Positions 19,648 through 28,527 of a DNA stretch of 64,000 bases are shown here, one piece after another; the stretch's first letter is position 1; every line of letters begins with the position of its first letter. The notes beneath the pieces were generated by a model. That model saw only the letters and a program-made list of their open reading frames with translations. It ran no database searches and had not been told where the DNA came from. Both the position numbers and the translations under genes were made by a program. The DNA comes from a virus (lineage: Duplodnaviria; Caudoviricetes). The stretch lies in the IMG/VR virus record IMGVR_UViG_3300018405_000011. The stretch is one strand, 5' to 3'.

Positions 19648-20028
19648 ATGAACGCACAAAAAACATTTGAAGGCTACCATCCCGTCTTAGGTTACCGTTT
19701 AGTACACAACGAGCCCTTCTACCCATCATGGACGCTGGAAGTTATGGACGCGACCGTCACGGATACTGTGTCCTTAGGTTTACTAAGTGAAGGAAACCTT
19801 AAGGATGCCCTTCTAGCGTTTTCTCTAAAGTATCCAGGTAAGCAGGTTGCAGCAACCTCTATGGCTCGCCATCGTGCCGTGGCTTTGGACGGTGAGATAG
19901 TTAAAGAGCGTAAGTACGCTGACTTCTACCATGTTACAGATGACATCGAAGCTGAAGAAGAACGTATTTTCGACGGCATGTTACTGGCTGACCACGATGG
20001 CATGGGCGGATATCTGACAACAAAATAA
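19648..20028 (+). CDS. Hypothetical protein
   Basis: Start moved to ATG 19648 after AAAGGTG. Confidence 0.7.
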   Translation: MNAQKTFEGYHPVLGYRLVHNEPFYPSWTLEVMDATVTDTVSLGLLSEGNLKDALLAFSLKYPGKQVAATSMARHRAVALDGEIVKERKYADFYHVTDDIEAEEERIFDGMLLADHDGMGGYLTTK

Positions 20029-20035
20029 TTTAACT

Positions 20036-20065
20036 TGGGAATAGGGCATATCTGCCCTATTCCCA
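20036..20065 (+). terminator. Intrinsic terminator
   Basis: 13-bp stem TGGGAATAGGGCA/TGCCCTATTCCCA. Confidence 0.75.
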
Positions 20066-20112
20066 TTTCCTACTCCCTTTCTATTTTTATTATGAAAAAA
20101 GGATGACGAAAA

Positions 20113-20601
20113 ATGACTACAGTGGTACTACACAATAATAAACTTTATGCTGACCGTAAACGCTCCACCAACAGTTATTTTATCGAAGGTGATAAAATTT
20201 GCTTTCTCGATGAGAACACGGCCGTTGTATGGGCTGGCCCTGCTGGGATTATAGACCTCGTAACAACAATTGTAAATTCACCTAGAGAACCCGTCTTTTA
20301 TCCATCGCGTGACAAAGTGGTATCTATATTTTACTGCGTAAAAGGCCAATGTCCTGAAACATGGACAATCCAGCAGGACATGAAAAGTCATGAATGGTCC
20401 CTAGTTAATCGCTTTCGAATAGAAAGCAAAACCACTGGTTCAGGCAGTGGTTATGGATATGCACGTGGCGCATTGCTAGCGGGAGCCGATATTTTGGATG
20501 CTTTAGATATCGCAGTGATGTTAGATAACTATAGTGGTTTTGGGTTCGATGTTTTAGATTTAACCGATTTTACAATGACTAAAATTAAAGGAGCAAAGTA
20601 A
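20113..20601 (+). CDS. hslV: HslV/proteasome beta-like Ntn threonine protease
   Basis: M-T-T start, YAD, DKI, WAG, GSGSGYGYA, ALDIA, DNYSG align with HslV catalytic elements. Confidence 0.65.
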   Translation: MTTVVLHNNKLYADRKRSTNSYFIEGDKICFLDENTAVVWAGPAGIIDLVTTIVNSPREPVFYPSRDKVVSIFYCVKGQCPETWTIQQDMKSHEWSLVNRFRIESKTTGSGSGYGYARGALLAGADILDALDIAVMLDNYSGFGFDVLDLTDFTMTKIKGAK

Positions 20602-21122
20602 TGTTTATTTATGACGATAAAACCATTTACCTGTTTTCAGACACAATGTGCCCTCTAGGCAAAGAAACTCTGTATCCGATAGTACATGAATTCGAACGCG
20701 GCTGGTTACTTTTAGACCGAGCAGGTGCCCTTACTACGGCGATGTGTATCGTCGAAGAAATGCTAAAAACGAGAACGCTCGAGAACAAAGCAGTACAGAG
20801 CACCTTACACATCATCGACTGTCAGTCAACCTTTATCTATGTGCCGCGCCGTATTGACTTGCCCATTTATAGAATCATTGGCGGTAGAGCAGAAAACACA
20901 TCGGTTAGTATTGCTAACCCGGGCATCGGCGTACTACCAACAGAGCACGGAGAATACACCGACGAGATGATGGGTGCCCTTGCATACCACAAAGGGAATA
21001 TTCCAAAAACGTTAAAGGGCATCAATGGAAAGATGGGGTTTACTCTTTTACCTGGTATCGCATACCGAATGTCTGTAAAGAGTAATCAACGCGTCCTAAA
21101 GCATATCCGGAACTATAACTGA
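20601..21122 (+). CDS. Possible degenerate HslV-like paralog lacking Thr1
   Basis: Similar size; weak LFSD / AGA / GALA correspondence; TAATG coupling to previous gene. Confidence 0.4.
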   Translation: MFIYDDKTIYLFSDTMCPLGKETLYPIVHEFERGWLLLDRAGALTTAMCIVEEMLKTRTLENKAVQSTLHIIDCQSTFIYVPRRIDLPIYRIIGGRAENTSVSIANPGIGVLPTEHGEYTDEMMGALAYHKGNIPKTLKGINGKMGFTLLPGIAYRMSVKSNQRVLKHIRNYN

Positions 21123-21140
21123 AGCATTAAGGGGGAGGGT

Positions 21141-21449
21141 ATGTGTAAAGAAGAGCATCGACACATAATCGCTTTAATAGGTGCTATACGCGATTCACAT
21201 CCCGACATGTTGAAGCTTTATATGGAAGGGCAGTGTTTTAACTTTGCTCAGATACTGAGAACCCAATTCCCTGGTGGTGAGTTCTGGTATTCCCATGTCG
21301 AGGGACATATGTACTATTTTTACAAAGGTAAATGGTACGATATCAGGGGAGTCCATCTAATGGAACCCATGGGCAGCAGTCGGTACAGTTTTCTCGATGG
21401 AGACCCAGCCCATCGTTGGGGCAGAAGGGACAAACGTAGACTGATATAG
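21141..21449 (+). CDS. Small phage protein with Cys-His-Asp pattern (papain-like fold candidate)
   Basis: GQCFNFA...GHMY...YDIRG. Confidence 0.5.
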   Translation: MCKEEHRHIIALIGAIRDSHPDMLKLYMEGQCFNFAQILRTQFPGGEFWYSHVEGHMYYFYKGKWYDIRGVHLMEPMGSSRYSFLDGDPAHRWGRRDKRRLI

Positions 21450-21542
21450 ATAAGCTTAAATAATGCACGCTGTTACTTTATAGGGAGGTGTTAAAAATGT
21501 AACTCTTCCTTGACCATATATTACCCCCCTTAATTACTGATT

Positions 21543-21580
21543 AGGCAGGAATACACGTGTATTCCTGCCTGTCTATTTTT
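21543..21580 (+). terminator. 28-bp perfect palindrome / terminator
   Basis: AGGCAGGAATACAC-GTGTATTCCTGCCT followed by T-run. Confidence 0.75.
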
Positions 21581-21613
21581 TAACCCCCCCTCCTTTTTTA
21601 TAAGGTGATTTTA

Positions 21614-22237
21614 ATGACTACGATTCTAACAACTAAAGACCGTGTTTATTCCGATACGCAAATGGGTAATGGATCCATGGTTGCTAACGAAAAGGTCTTA
21701 AAATTTATTCCTATGACTGAAGGACGTATCGCTTATTGCTGTGGTACTGTTCCTAACATCATGGCGGCTATTTGTTTACTAGAGGACCCAGGGCGACACA
21801 AAGACCGCCTTAAGGAATCAATTACTGAAGTTACGACGTTACGCATTCTCCATTCCGATGGGTTCCTCGAAGCTCAGAAATTTACAAAGAATGATAAAGC
21901 ACCGTCCATGAGCCCATTATTATGGCACGGTTACTCAACCCATAAAGCTGTGGGGAGTGGCACGCCATTTGTAAACGAGTTTTATCGCATGGGCGGAATA
22001 GACCCTTTAAAGGCGATGGCTCATGCGGCTCGCTTTGATACCGCCACTGGGAGTAACTTTGTTAGTATTCCAAGACAGTGGAACAAAAATGTAGGTTGTC
22101 TACTTACTATACATGGCGAGGGGCGTAAAAAGGATAAAACTCTTTTACTAGAACATCCAGAGGACAAAAACTGGGCGCTGAATGTTCTTATGGGTGTCTC
22201 AGAATCCCAAGTATCTGTACTTAGCAGAAAACTATGA
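21614..22237 (+). CDS. hslV: Second HslV/proteasome beta-like Thr protease
   Basis: Start moved to ATG 21614 gives M-T-T; YSD, EKV, CCG, AVGSG, DTATG. Confidence 0.65.
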   Translation: MTTILTTKDRVYSDTQMGNGSMVANEKVLKFIPMTEGRIAYCCGTVPNIMAAICLLEDPGRHKDRLKESITEVTTLRILHSDGFLEAQKFTKNDKAPSMSPLLWHGYSTHKAVGSGTPFVNEFYRMGGIDPLKAMAHAARFDTATGSNFVSIPRQWNKNVGCLLTIHGEGRKKDKTLLLEHPEDKNWALNVLMGVSESQVSVLSRKL

Positions 22238-22327
22238 AGTCGTAAGGAGGCGTTAAGCCTCTAGACCGATACTGTTTCAACCCCGTATCTTTTAAAATCA
22301 CATCTTTAATCGAAGAAGGAGTTCCAG

Positions 22328-22837
22328 ATGAATAAAACAACCGCAGTTATAAACGGAGTGTCGCTTACTGAAGGGCAAATAATGACGCTTTGGGTAGCAT
22401 TAAATTCTTTTAACTCTAACCTAGATGCGCATGGTCTTGGCACTGACCCGGTCGGCATTGGGATAACCAATGGGTACAAAACCCGTATTAAGGAACTGTA
22501 CCCTCTATTTACAGGCACGGAAGAAGGTCCTGCCCTACATCCTGATACGGCGGACATGGTTGACAATACCGTACTTGCACTTAAGGCTAAGTTACTTAAT
22601 GCGCAGGAAAAGTATGAGTTAAAAGATGGAGCACTGTCGAACAAGAACATTACTGAAGACGACGGGAAACGCTTCTTTGTGTCACCAGAGGGCTGTGTTA
22701 AAGCATTACACGGCCATCTGCTCAAGGGGGACATCCTCGACAGCATGGCCTATTTAGTCTTTCTTCATCACATGACTGGTGAAAGCGATAAGGTTGATGT
22801 ATTAGCAAGCTACTTTGGAGGGATTAATAATGGCTAA
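22328..22837 (+). CDS. Hypothetical protein with Ea22/MazG-like C-terminal helices
   Basis: GHLLKGDILDSMAYLVFL resembles the H..KGD..DVAN pattern. Confidence 0.5.
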   Translation: MNKTTAVINGVSLTEGQIMTLWVALNSFNSNLDAHGLGTDPVGIGITNGYKTRIKELYPLFTGTEEGPALHPDTADMVDNTVLALKAKLLNAQEKYELKDGALSNKNITEDDGKRFFVSPEGCVKALHGHLLKGDILDSMAYLVFLHHMTGESDKVDVLASYFGGINNG

Positions 22838-23159
22838 GGGTAACGATGGCGCTGTTAAAGGTGAAGCTAAGAACAACACTGTGTGGATGAGCCCGGCGGG
22901 AATTAAGGCGCAGAAACACAAACAGTTATCCGCGGTATCAGTTAAAGTACTTCATTTAGGTGGCGTAAAAGAGCTGTTTCTTTCTAGAACACTTTTTACT
23001 AAGCGTGAGATTAGTGAGAGTGATAAGGAGGCACTAATGGATCATCTACGACGCAATGGCGGTGACTTAGATGGTGATACAGTAATGTTAATTCACGAAG
23101 TTTACCCTAACCTCATGGTTTATGTAAATCTCCTTAACAACACGGTTAAAATCATTTAA
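22830..23159 (+). CDS. Hypothetical protein
   Basis: GGAGG RBS, start moved to 22830. Confidence 0.7.
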   Translation: MAKGNDGAVKGEAKNNTVWMSPAGIKAQKHKQLSAVSVKVLHLGGVKELFLSRTLFTKREISESDKEALMDHLRRNGGDLDGDTVMLIHEVYPNLMVYVNLLNNTVKII

Positions 23160-23177
23160 TAAGAAGGAAATTCAATA

Positions 23178-23666
23178 ATGAATACTAATATGACAAAACC
23201 AATTGCAATTATTTGCATTGGTCCTGGGTGTTCAGGGAAGTCTACCTTTGCTCGCAAACTGGTTGCGGAAAAGCAATTTGTCGAAGTGAACCGCGACAGC
23301 ATTCGTTTTCCTGATGGGGTTATCGATTGGTCAAAGTGGGAAAGCACTCCAGCTAACGAGCAGGAAGTAACGGACGACTGGAACCGTCGCTTAGATAATG
23401 CAATTTGCTTAGGTAAGAACATTGTTATTAGTGATACTAATTTAAATGTTAATCGCCGTGAAGAATATTTGTCACGCAAGCTTACCTTAGCGGGCTACGA
23501 AGTAGAACTGAAGTACTTTGTAGAAAATCTACTTACTCTATTGACGCGCAATGCCGAGCGCGATAAAGACGCTCTGCCTGAAGAAGTTATCGTTTCGCAG
23601 CAACGGAGACTACTCCGTGAACTAATGGACGAAGCCGATGACGTTTTAGCTTCCATTCGTAACTAA
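23178..23666 (+). CDS. Polynucleotide kinase-like P-loop kinase (PseT kinase half)
   Basis: IGPGCSGKSTFA, VNRDSIR, VISDTNLN, RNAER. Confidence 0.8.
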   Translation: MNTNMTKPIAIICIGPGCSGKSTFARKLVAEKQFVEVNRDSIRFPDGVIDWSKWESTPANEQEVTDDWNRRLDNAICLGKNIVISDTNLNVNRREEYLSRKLTLAGYEVELKYFVENLLTLLTRNAERDKDALPEEVIVSQQRRLLRELMDEADDVLASIRN

Positions 23667-23778
23667 CTTAAATAGGTAAGGTTTAAAAGACAAAAGAACA
23701 TTGAGTAGTTCTTCTGACACCTTGCCTAACCTTAGTTTTCCCCATTAACAATAGTCTATTATAAAAGGTAATATCCCA

Positions 23779-24153
23779 ATGAAACATATTAAGCATGTAA
23801 CCCTCGTTCAGCTCGAGCTCAGTCTCTCTATGTGTGTTATTAAGAATAACGGAAACGTAGTCGATGCTATAAACATGGAGATGGTCTTTTCGTCAGGTAC
23901 TTCCCATGAGTCTATTAAAGACGAAATTAGTAAGGTACTTTCCACCTTTAGCGTGGAATCCATGGAAGCAGGAAACATTAAGCCTCATTATGCCGAAGTC
24001 GCTAGCCGTATGTTAAGCAGTTTTGAAAATGCATGCCTACACGCAATAGATACTGCACCAGAGGACGATATACAAGGAACGCTGTTTAATTATACTTCCC
24101 CTTTAGAACCTCACCTACATGGCTCAGGTAAGATGTCAGCTTGGCGTCGTTGA
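23779..24153 (+). CDS. Hypothetical protein, possible head protein
   Basis: Contains SVESMEA motif. Confidence 0.6.
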   Translation: MKHIKHVTLVQLELSLSMCVIKNNGNVVDAINMEMVFSSGTSHESIKDEISKVLSTFSVESMEAGNIKPHYAEVASRMLSSFENACLHAIDTAPEDDIQGTLFNYTSPLEPHLHGSGKMSAWRR

Positions 24154-24185
24154 TAGGACTGAACCTCAGTAATACAGTAAAGCCC

Positions 24186-24217
24186 TTGCTAGAGGAGACC
24201 TTATTCTCCTCTAGCAA
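24186..24217. repeat. Hairpin, copy 1 of direct repeat
   Basis: CTAGAGGAGACCTTATTCTCCTCTAG at 24189-24214. Confidence 0.8.
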
Positions 24218-24326
24218 TAACACGTTACTTTTTTATGAACACGCGATAGACATCGTTATGGAACGTTGCCCGTGAAAGTGGATAACGCTAATATAGTAGG
24301 TAAGCTTAAACGTATAGGAAACCATA

Positions 24327-25316
24327 ATGTTAAATCCAAGTGTAAAAAGACGCATATTGCGTGAAGTAGTTGCTAACCACCTAAAAGGTGAGGAAGAAGT
24401 GTCGATGGAAGGCGTTTTCGATATTGTTAAACGTTTCTTCAAGGGTGGAGCGGTCTCCAAGACTTTAAAACAGGACAGGCAAAAATACTGGAAAGATAAT
24501 GTCGGACATTACCTTAAAGTTATTGAGCTGGCTAAAGAAACGGTTACAAAGTCTACCAGCGATGAATACACGCTTAATCTTAAGCGCATTTCGGGGCTTG
24601 TTCCGTCTAATGGCAAGGATTTTGATTTGGCATACTTAACAAGCTTCTTTGAGGATTATTATTCTACTAGAGATGCGTATGTTAGACTTTATGACTTTTT
24701 TATAGCAGAGATGGTAAAACTCGCTAAAAAGAAACACATTACGGAAGCCGACATCAAGGCCGCTGGAAGTAGAGTGACACAAGAAGGTATTAAGGTCATT
24801 GATATTAAGGAGAAGGCTACCTTCTCTTCTAAACATGGTGGACAGCGCTACAAGTTAATCGGTAACTCACCTGACCTGGCTGACGTACCTTATGTATCGG
24901 GTAATCCAGATGTTTATTGGGGGATAGATGCGTGGAAACAAAGAAGTAAAGTGACGGAAATGAGTCCGGCTAAACTTTCTAAAGATGAAATGCTAAAAAC
25001 TCTGTCACTTCTAGAGAAACTCATTAAAGCGGTTATCATTGAGCCATGTGACTCATTCAACAAAATTGATAAACTTTCGAGTACAGTCGGTTTTACCGTG
25101 GCTTCAAGCGAAGACATCATTACTGATGACGAATGGGACGAAAGTAGTAACCCTATTAAAGACCGTTTTTTAACATGGGATGACTATTTTTATTACATTT
25201 CGTGTTTCGACCCATCTGATGATGCCGGGCTAGATGAATGGTGGCTAAGTACCGACATTGATTTTATTGATGCCATAATCGAACCCGTCGCCACCGCCAT
25301 CGATACATTCCGATAA
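24327..25316 (+). CDS. Internal head protein with short propeptide
   Basis: EEEVSMEGVFDIVKRFF motif. Confidence 0.7.
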   Translation: MLNPSVKRRILREVVANHLKGEEEVSMEGVFDIVKRFFKGGAVSKTLKQDRQKYWKDNVGHYLKVIELAKETVTKSTSDEYTLNLKRISGLVPSNGKDFDLAYLTSFFEDYYSTRDAYVRLYDFFIAEMVKLAKKKHITEADIKAAGSRVTQEGIKVIDIKEKATFSSKHGGQRYKLIGNSPDLADVPYVSGNPDVYWGIDAWKQRSKVTEMSPAKLSKDEMLKTLSLLEKLIKAVIIEPCDSFNKIDKLSSTVGFTVASSEDIITDDEWDESSNPIKDRFLTWDDYFYYISCFDPSDDAGLDEWWLSTDIDFIDAIIEPVATAIDTFR

Positions 25317-25350
25317 CTCATCTTTTTGATTTATATTGAAAAATTAGACA

Positions 25351-25384
25351 ATTACTAGAGGAGACCTTAGTCTCCTCTAGTAAT
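25351..25384. repeat. Hairpin/bidirectional terminator, copy 2 of direct repeat
   Basis: CTAGAGGAGACCTTAGTCTCCTCTAG at 25355-25380, 25/26 identical to copy 1. Confidence 0.85.
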
Positions 25385-25399
25385 ATCAATCTTCCTTTT

Positions 25400-25924
25400 T
25401 TAATGAAGCGGTGCCCCAGCACGAATGGCTTGCCTTGCTTGATGCGCTATGTAAGGAGACAGTACCTCTCCGTCTACACTAAGCTGAGCTGGTAATGTCG
25501 GATTAACTACACAGGCTACAAAGTCTTCGTCCTTCCCATTGCGTGTCGCAATACGTGATACCGCTAGTGCAGGAAAATGAAAGTTCTTAGGGCCACTTTC
25601 ATCAACGAGGTCTAGGTATATTACACCACTAGGAATATCATACGTACAGGAACGCATGACTTGTCTAGCCGTACCCCCTATCTGGAATAGCCGATATAGG
25701 TCATGCCCTATAGTGGCTATTGGAGTATCCCCTGTTTTCCAGTCCTCGTCGTAGCGGGCTACTTTACCCGTAACAGGGTCAGCATGTCCAACCTGTATCC
25801 AAAGTAGTACATCCGTCATTTCTTTCTGGGTACTAAGTCGCCCCATAGCATGACTAAAGTTTGTCCATCCCATAGGCATAATGTACGACATTAGGAAGCC
25901 GTAAGTATCTGCTTCTACCGTCAT
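25400..25924 (-). CDS. Hypothetical protein
   Basis: ORF track; possible RBS upstream. Confidence 0.7.
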   Translation of the reverse strand: MTVEADTYGFLMSYIMPMGWTNFSHAMGRLSTQKEMTDVLLWIQVGHADPVTGKVARYDEDWKTGDTPIATIGHDLYRLFQIGGTARQVMRSCTYDIPSGVIYLDLVDESGPKNFHFPALAVSRIATRNGKDEDFVACVVNPTLPAQLSVDGEVLSPYIAHQARQAIRAGAPLH

Positions 25925-25952
25925 GTAGGTTCCCCTTAACGTTATAGTGCAT

Positions 25953-25978
25953 ATAGGTGAGGTAACGCCCTCACCTAT
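25953..25978 (-). terminator. Hairpin after thyX
   Basis: ATAGGTGAGG/CCTCACCTAT stem. Confidence 0.6.
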
Positions 25979-25996
25979 TCGCTAACTTTGACTTTT

Positions 25997-27382
25997 TTAC
26001 TTTTTAATAATGGTTTGCTCTGCACGGCGGGTGTCTAAGACGTCATTACCCTTTCTATTTATATAAAGAGGGAAGTTACAGAACGTAGCTAATGCGTTAC
26101 CCATGTTAATGGCCACTTCGCGCACTGTAGCGTGGCAATTGACCCCAGACCTGAGCTCGGCCACGTAGACCGCATTGTCAATCGGATACGACGCTTCTAC
26201 GTCGACTAGAGAACCCATAGGTAACATGTATTCTATGTCTTCGGACGGAATCCCTAAAGCACGTAACTGGCTAGCTGCGGCGTGGACTTCACCCAAGATA
26301 ACATTAACGTCATCATAAACGCCCGCATTAGCGAATTGCTCACGGTACCAACTATGCAAGGTACCTGCTTCCATTAGACTACGACGAATGTTCCCTTTAC
26401 GGTGACGGTTTAAATCACGGAAACCACCAAAGTCGATACTATAAGCAAAGCTAGCACGCCCATAGTGACCAATATCGTCTGGTAAACGAGCGTGTCTAGG
26501 GCGTTCCCACAACTTTAGGTCACGTGTGTAGCTGTCTAATCCATCCACATCTAAAGTGTTTAGATTTAGAGAGATTAAGCCTTCTGGTACAGAACCGTCG
26601 TCGTTTAATAGGAACCCGGAATGTTTTGTCAACCAGTCATTAGACGCAGCATCTTTTACAGTGAAAGAGCTTGGGTACTCGGCAAGCATTGCTTCTAGTA
26701 TATCAGATGCCATCTGACGAACTTCTAGGTTAGAATGATTTGCTAAAATACCGATGACCTGACGGAAGTTCTCTAAGTTACCATCCCATACCCCAACTGT
26801 TTTAAGCCCTGACGGTAACAAAGAACGACAAATATCGAATGAACGTGGGCGTACAGTAGCTTCCCATTTAGCATCACTCACGTCGTCTGGCTTTTCTAAG
26901 TTGGCCATTAGGGAATCATAAACACGGTCTAGTACACGGGTATACGTAGCCATAAGTATGTCAGTGATGCGTAAATATGTCTCTAGCGCATCTGGGTGAG
27001 CTTGAATGCTTTCTGGGATAACAACGTTCTCAGCAGAGAATGGAATATAGCGAGTGGACGATTCCTGACCTGCATAGAGTGGATTTAAGTTCTGTAGATG
27101 GTTGATAGCAATCATAGAAATGCCCGTAATGAAAACCTTGGAGCTTGAGCACTTGCCAATTGAGTCATGTCCGTAACCTATTAGGTATGTAGACATAAAC
27201 TTATCAGCGCCTTCGCGCATTACTTTCTCTAAGTTCGCTCTAGGCCCATCCTTAGAGCGGCTACATAAAGCAGACAACATTGCCGAGGCTTCAGCATTCA
27301 TGCCGTACTTTGCTGAATCCACAACAGTAATAGTTAGGTTCTTTGCTTCTTGATTAAACGAGTTATTTCCACTCATTGTCAT
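25997..27382 (-). CDS. thyX: Flavin-dependent thymidylate synthase, tandem two-domain type
   Basis: GYGHDSIG, QESSTRY, RSFDICRSLLP, FRDLNRHR, ELRSG...H. Confidence 0.8.
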   Translation of the reverse strand: MTMSGNNSFNQEAKNLTITVVDSAKYGMNAEASAMLSALCSRSKDGPRANLEKVMREGADKFMSTYLIGYGHDSIGKCSSSKVFITGISMIAINHLQNLNPLYAGQESSTRYIPFSAENVVIPESIQAHPDALETYLRITDILMATYTRVLDRVYDSLMANLEKPDDVSDAKWEATVRPRSFDICRSLLPSGLKTVGVWDGNLENFRQVIGILANHSNLEVRQMASDILEAMLAEYPSSFTVKDAASNDWLTKHSGFLLNDDGSVPEGLISLNLNTLDVDGLDSYTRDLKLWERPRHARLPDDIGHYGRASFAYSIDFGGFRDLNRHRKGNIRRSLMEAGTLHSWYREQFANAGVYDDVNVILGEVHAAASQLRALGIPSEDIEYMLPMGSLVDVEASYPIDNAVYVAELRSGVNCHATVREVAINMGNALATFCNFPLYINRKGNDVLDTRRAEQTIIKK

Positions 27383-28509
27383 TTTCCTTTTTCTCTTAAT
27401 GATTTTAAAATAGTATTCGTTAACTCAAGGTATTCATCTGTCCCATAATTAACTACACGTGTTTCAGTAAACCCTTCTGGAAGCATTTCTGACGGAAGCC
27501 TTTCCCCTTGGAGTTTCTCCCCCAGTTGCTTTTCGAGGAAATAACTAATATTTTTATCTACATGCCAGTAGTCCAGAATATAACTTTTAGGCCATAGCAC
27601 GCGATAGTGTTTCAGGCGGCCTCTCGGTGCGATGGAAGTCCCATATTTAAAAATATTTTTACCTTGATAGGTTCCAAGGTAGATTAAATAAATGGCGGTA
27701 GTTTCTTTCTCATCATTGCATTTTTGGCACCCATATAGGTTATAATAACTCCGTGGTGGAATATTAAGTTTATGTCCGTAACGACACATTACCCAATGTG
27801 GAATCAGTTGCCCGAGCCACTCCTTGGATAGAACCTTAAACATGTCCCCATATAACGTATTCAGCTTAAACTGAAAATCATCAATTGTTCTGATGGTATC
27901 AGTATCACACATGCTACAACCATGGCCATTCAACAGGTTATAAACATGTTGTTCTCTCTGTCCATGAATGGGACAAACGAAGCTTATTTTTGAATCCGTG
28001 CCCATATATGTATTCTCTATAAACCTATACTTATCTCCGTGAACACTTTTAAGCTTACCATGGACAATACTAAACGGTATGATTCTATCACGATCACATG
28101 CCTCCTTTGAACATCTAGGGCAGCCGGTTGGCGACTGGAGGTGCGATAAGGGGGTTGCAGTGAACTCCCCATGTGTTTTGCAGACTAGTGTGATTTTAGT
28201 ATCCTGATTAATATAGTCGACGAGACTATAATCAAAAAGGTTTCCAAATTTCTCTTTGCTTAAACCGATGAACTCATTATTAGTTCTTTTAAAGTGCTGC
28301 CGTCGGACTTCAATACCGCAAGCTTTACATCCGGCTGGCTTTGTTTTTCTCGTGTGATTTCCAATACTCTGGGTGAAAGGGCCATGGTGTGGACAGAGTA
28401 TATTTACATGGTCGGACATACGATCGAAGTCAACAAGTGAATAATCGTATTTATCACCATGTGCCTTTTTTGCCCTTTCTAGGAAAAGGCTATATTTTAT
28501 GCTATCCAT
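27379..28509 (-). CDS. Putative homing endonuclease: CPxHG Zn-binding repeats plus C-terminal GIY-YIG-like domain
   Basis: Repeats HGDKYDYS...CPHHGPF...GC..C; C-terminal IYLIY...FKYGTS..PRGRL; AT-rich; ATGA overlap with thyX. Confidence 0.65.
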   Translation of the reverse strand: MDSIKYSLFLERAKKAHGDKYDYSLVDFDRMSDHVNILCPHHGPFTQSIGNHTRKTKPAGCKACGIEVRRQHFKRTNNEFIGLSKEKFGNLFDYSLVDYINQDTKITLVCKTHGEFTATPLSHLQSPTGCPRCSKEACDRDRIIPFSIVHGKLKSVHGDKYRFIENTYMGTDSKISFVCPIHGQREQHVYNLLNGHGCSMCDTDTIRTIDDFQFKLNTLYGDMFKVLSKEWLGQLIPHWVMCRYGHKLNIPPRSYYNLYGCQKCNDEKETTAIYLIYLGTYQGKNIFKYGTSIAPRGRLKHYRVLWPKSYILDYWHVDKNISYFLEKQLGEKLQGERLPSEMLPEGFTETRVVNYGTDEYLELTNTILKSLREKGK

Positions 28510-28527
28510 GACCTTTCCCTTTTATTT

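Noticed and set aside
25997-27382. ThyX/Tmk/nucleotidase/MazG set as a DNA base-modification pathway
   Set aside because: No hydroxymethylase, glycosyltransferase, PurZ or Que-type genes recognised; ordinary dTTP supply explains it
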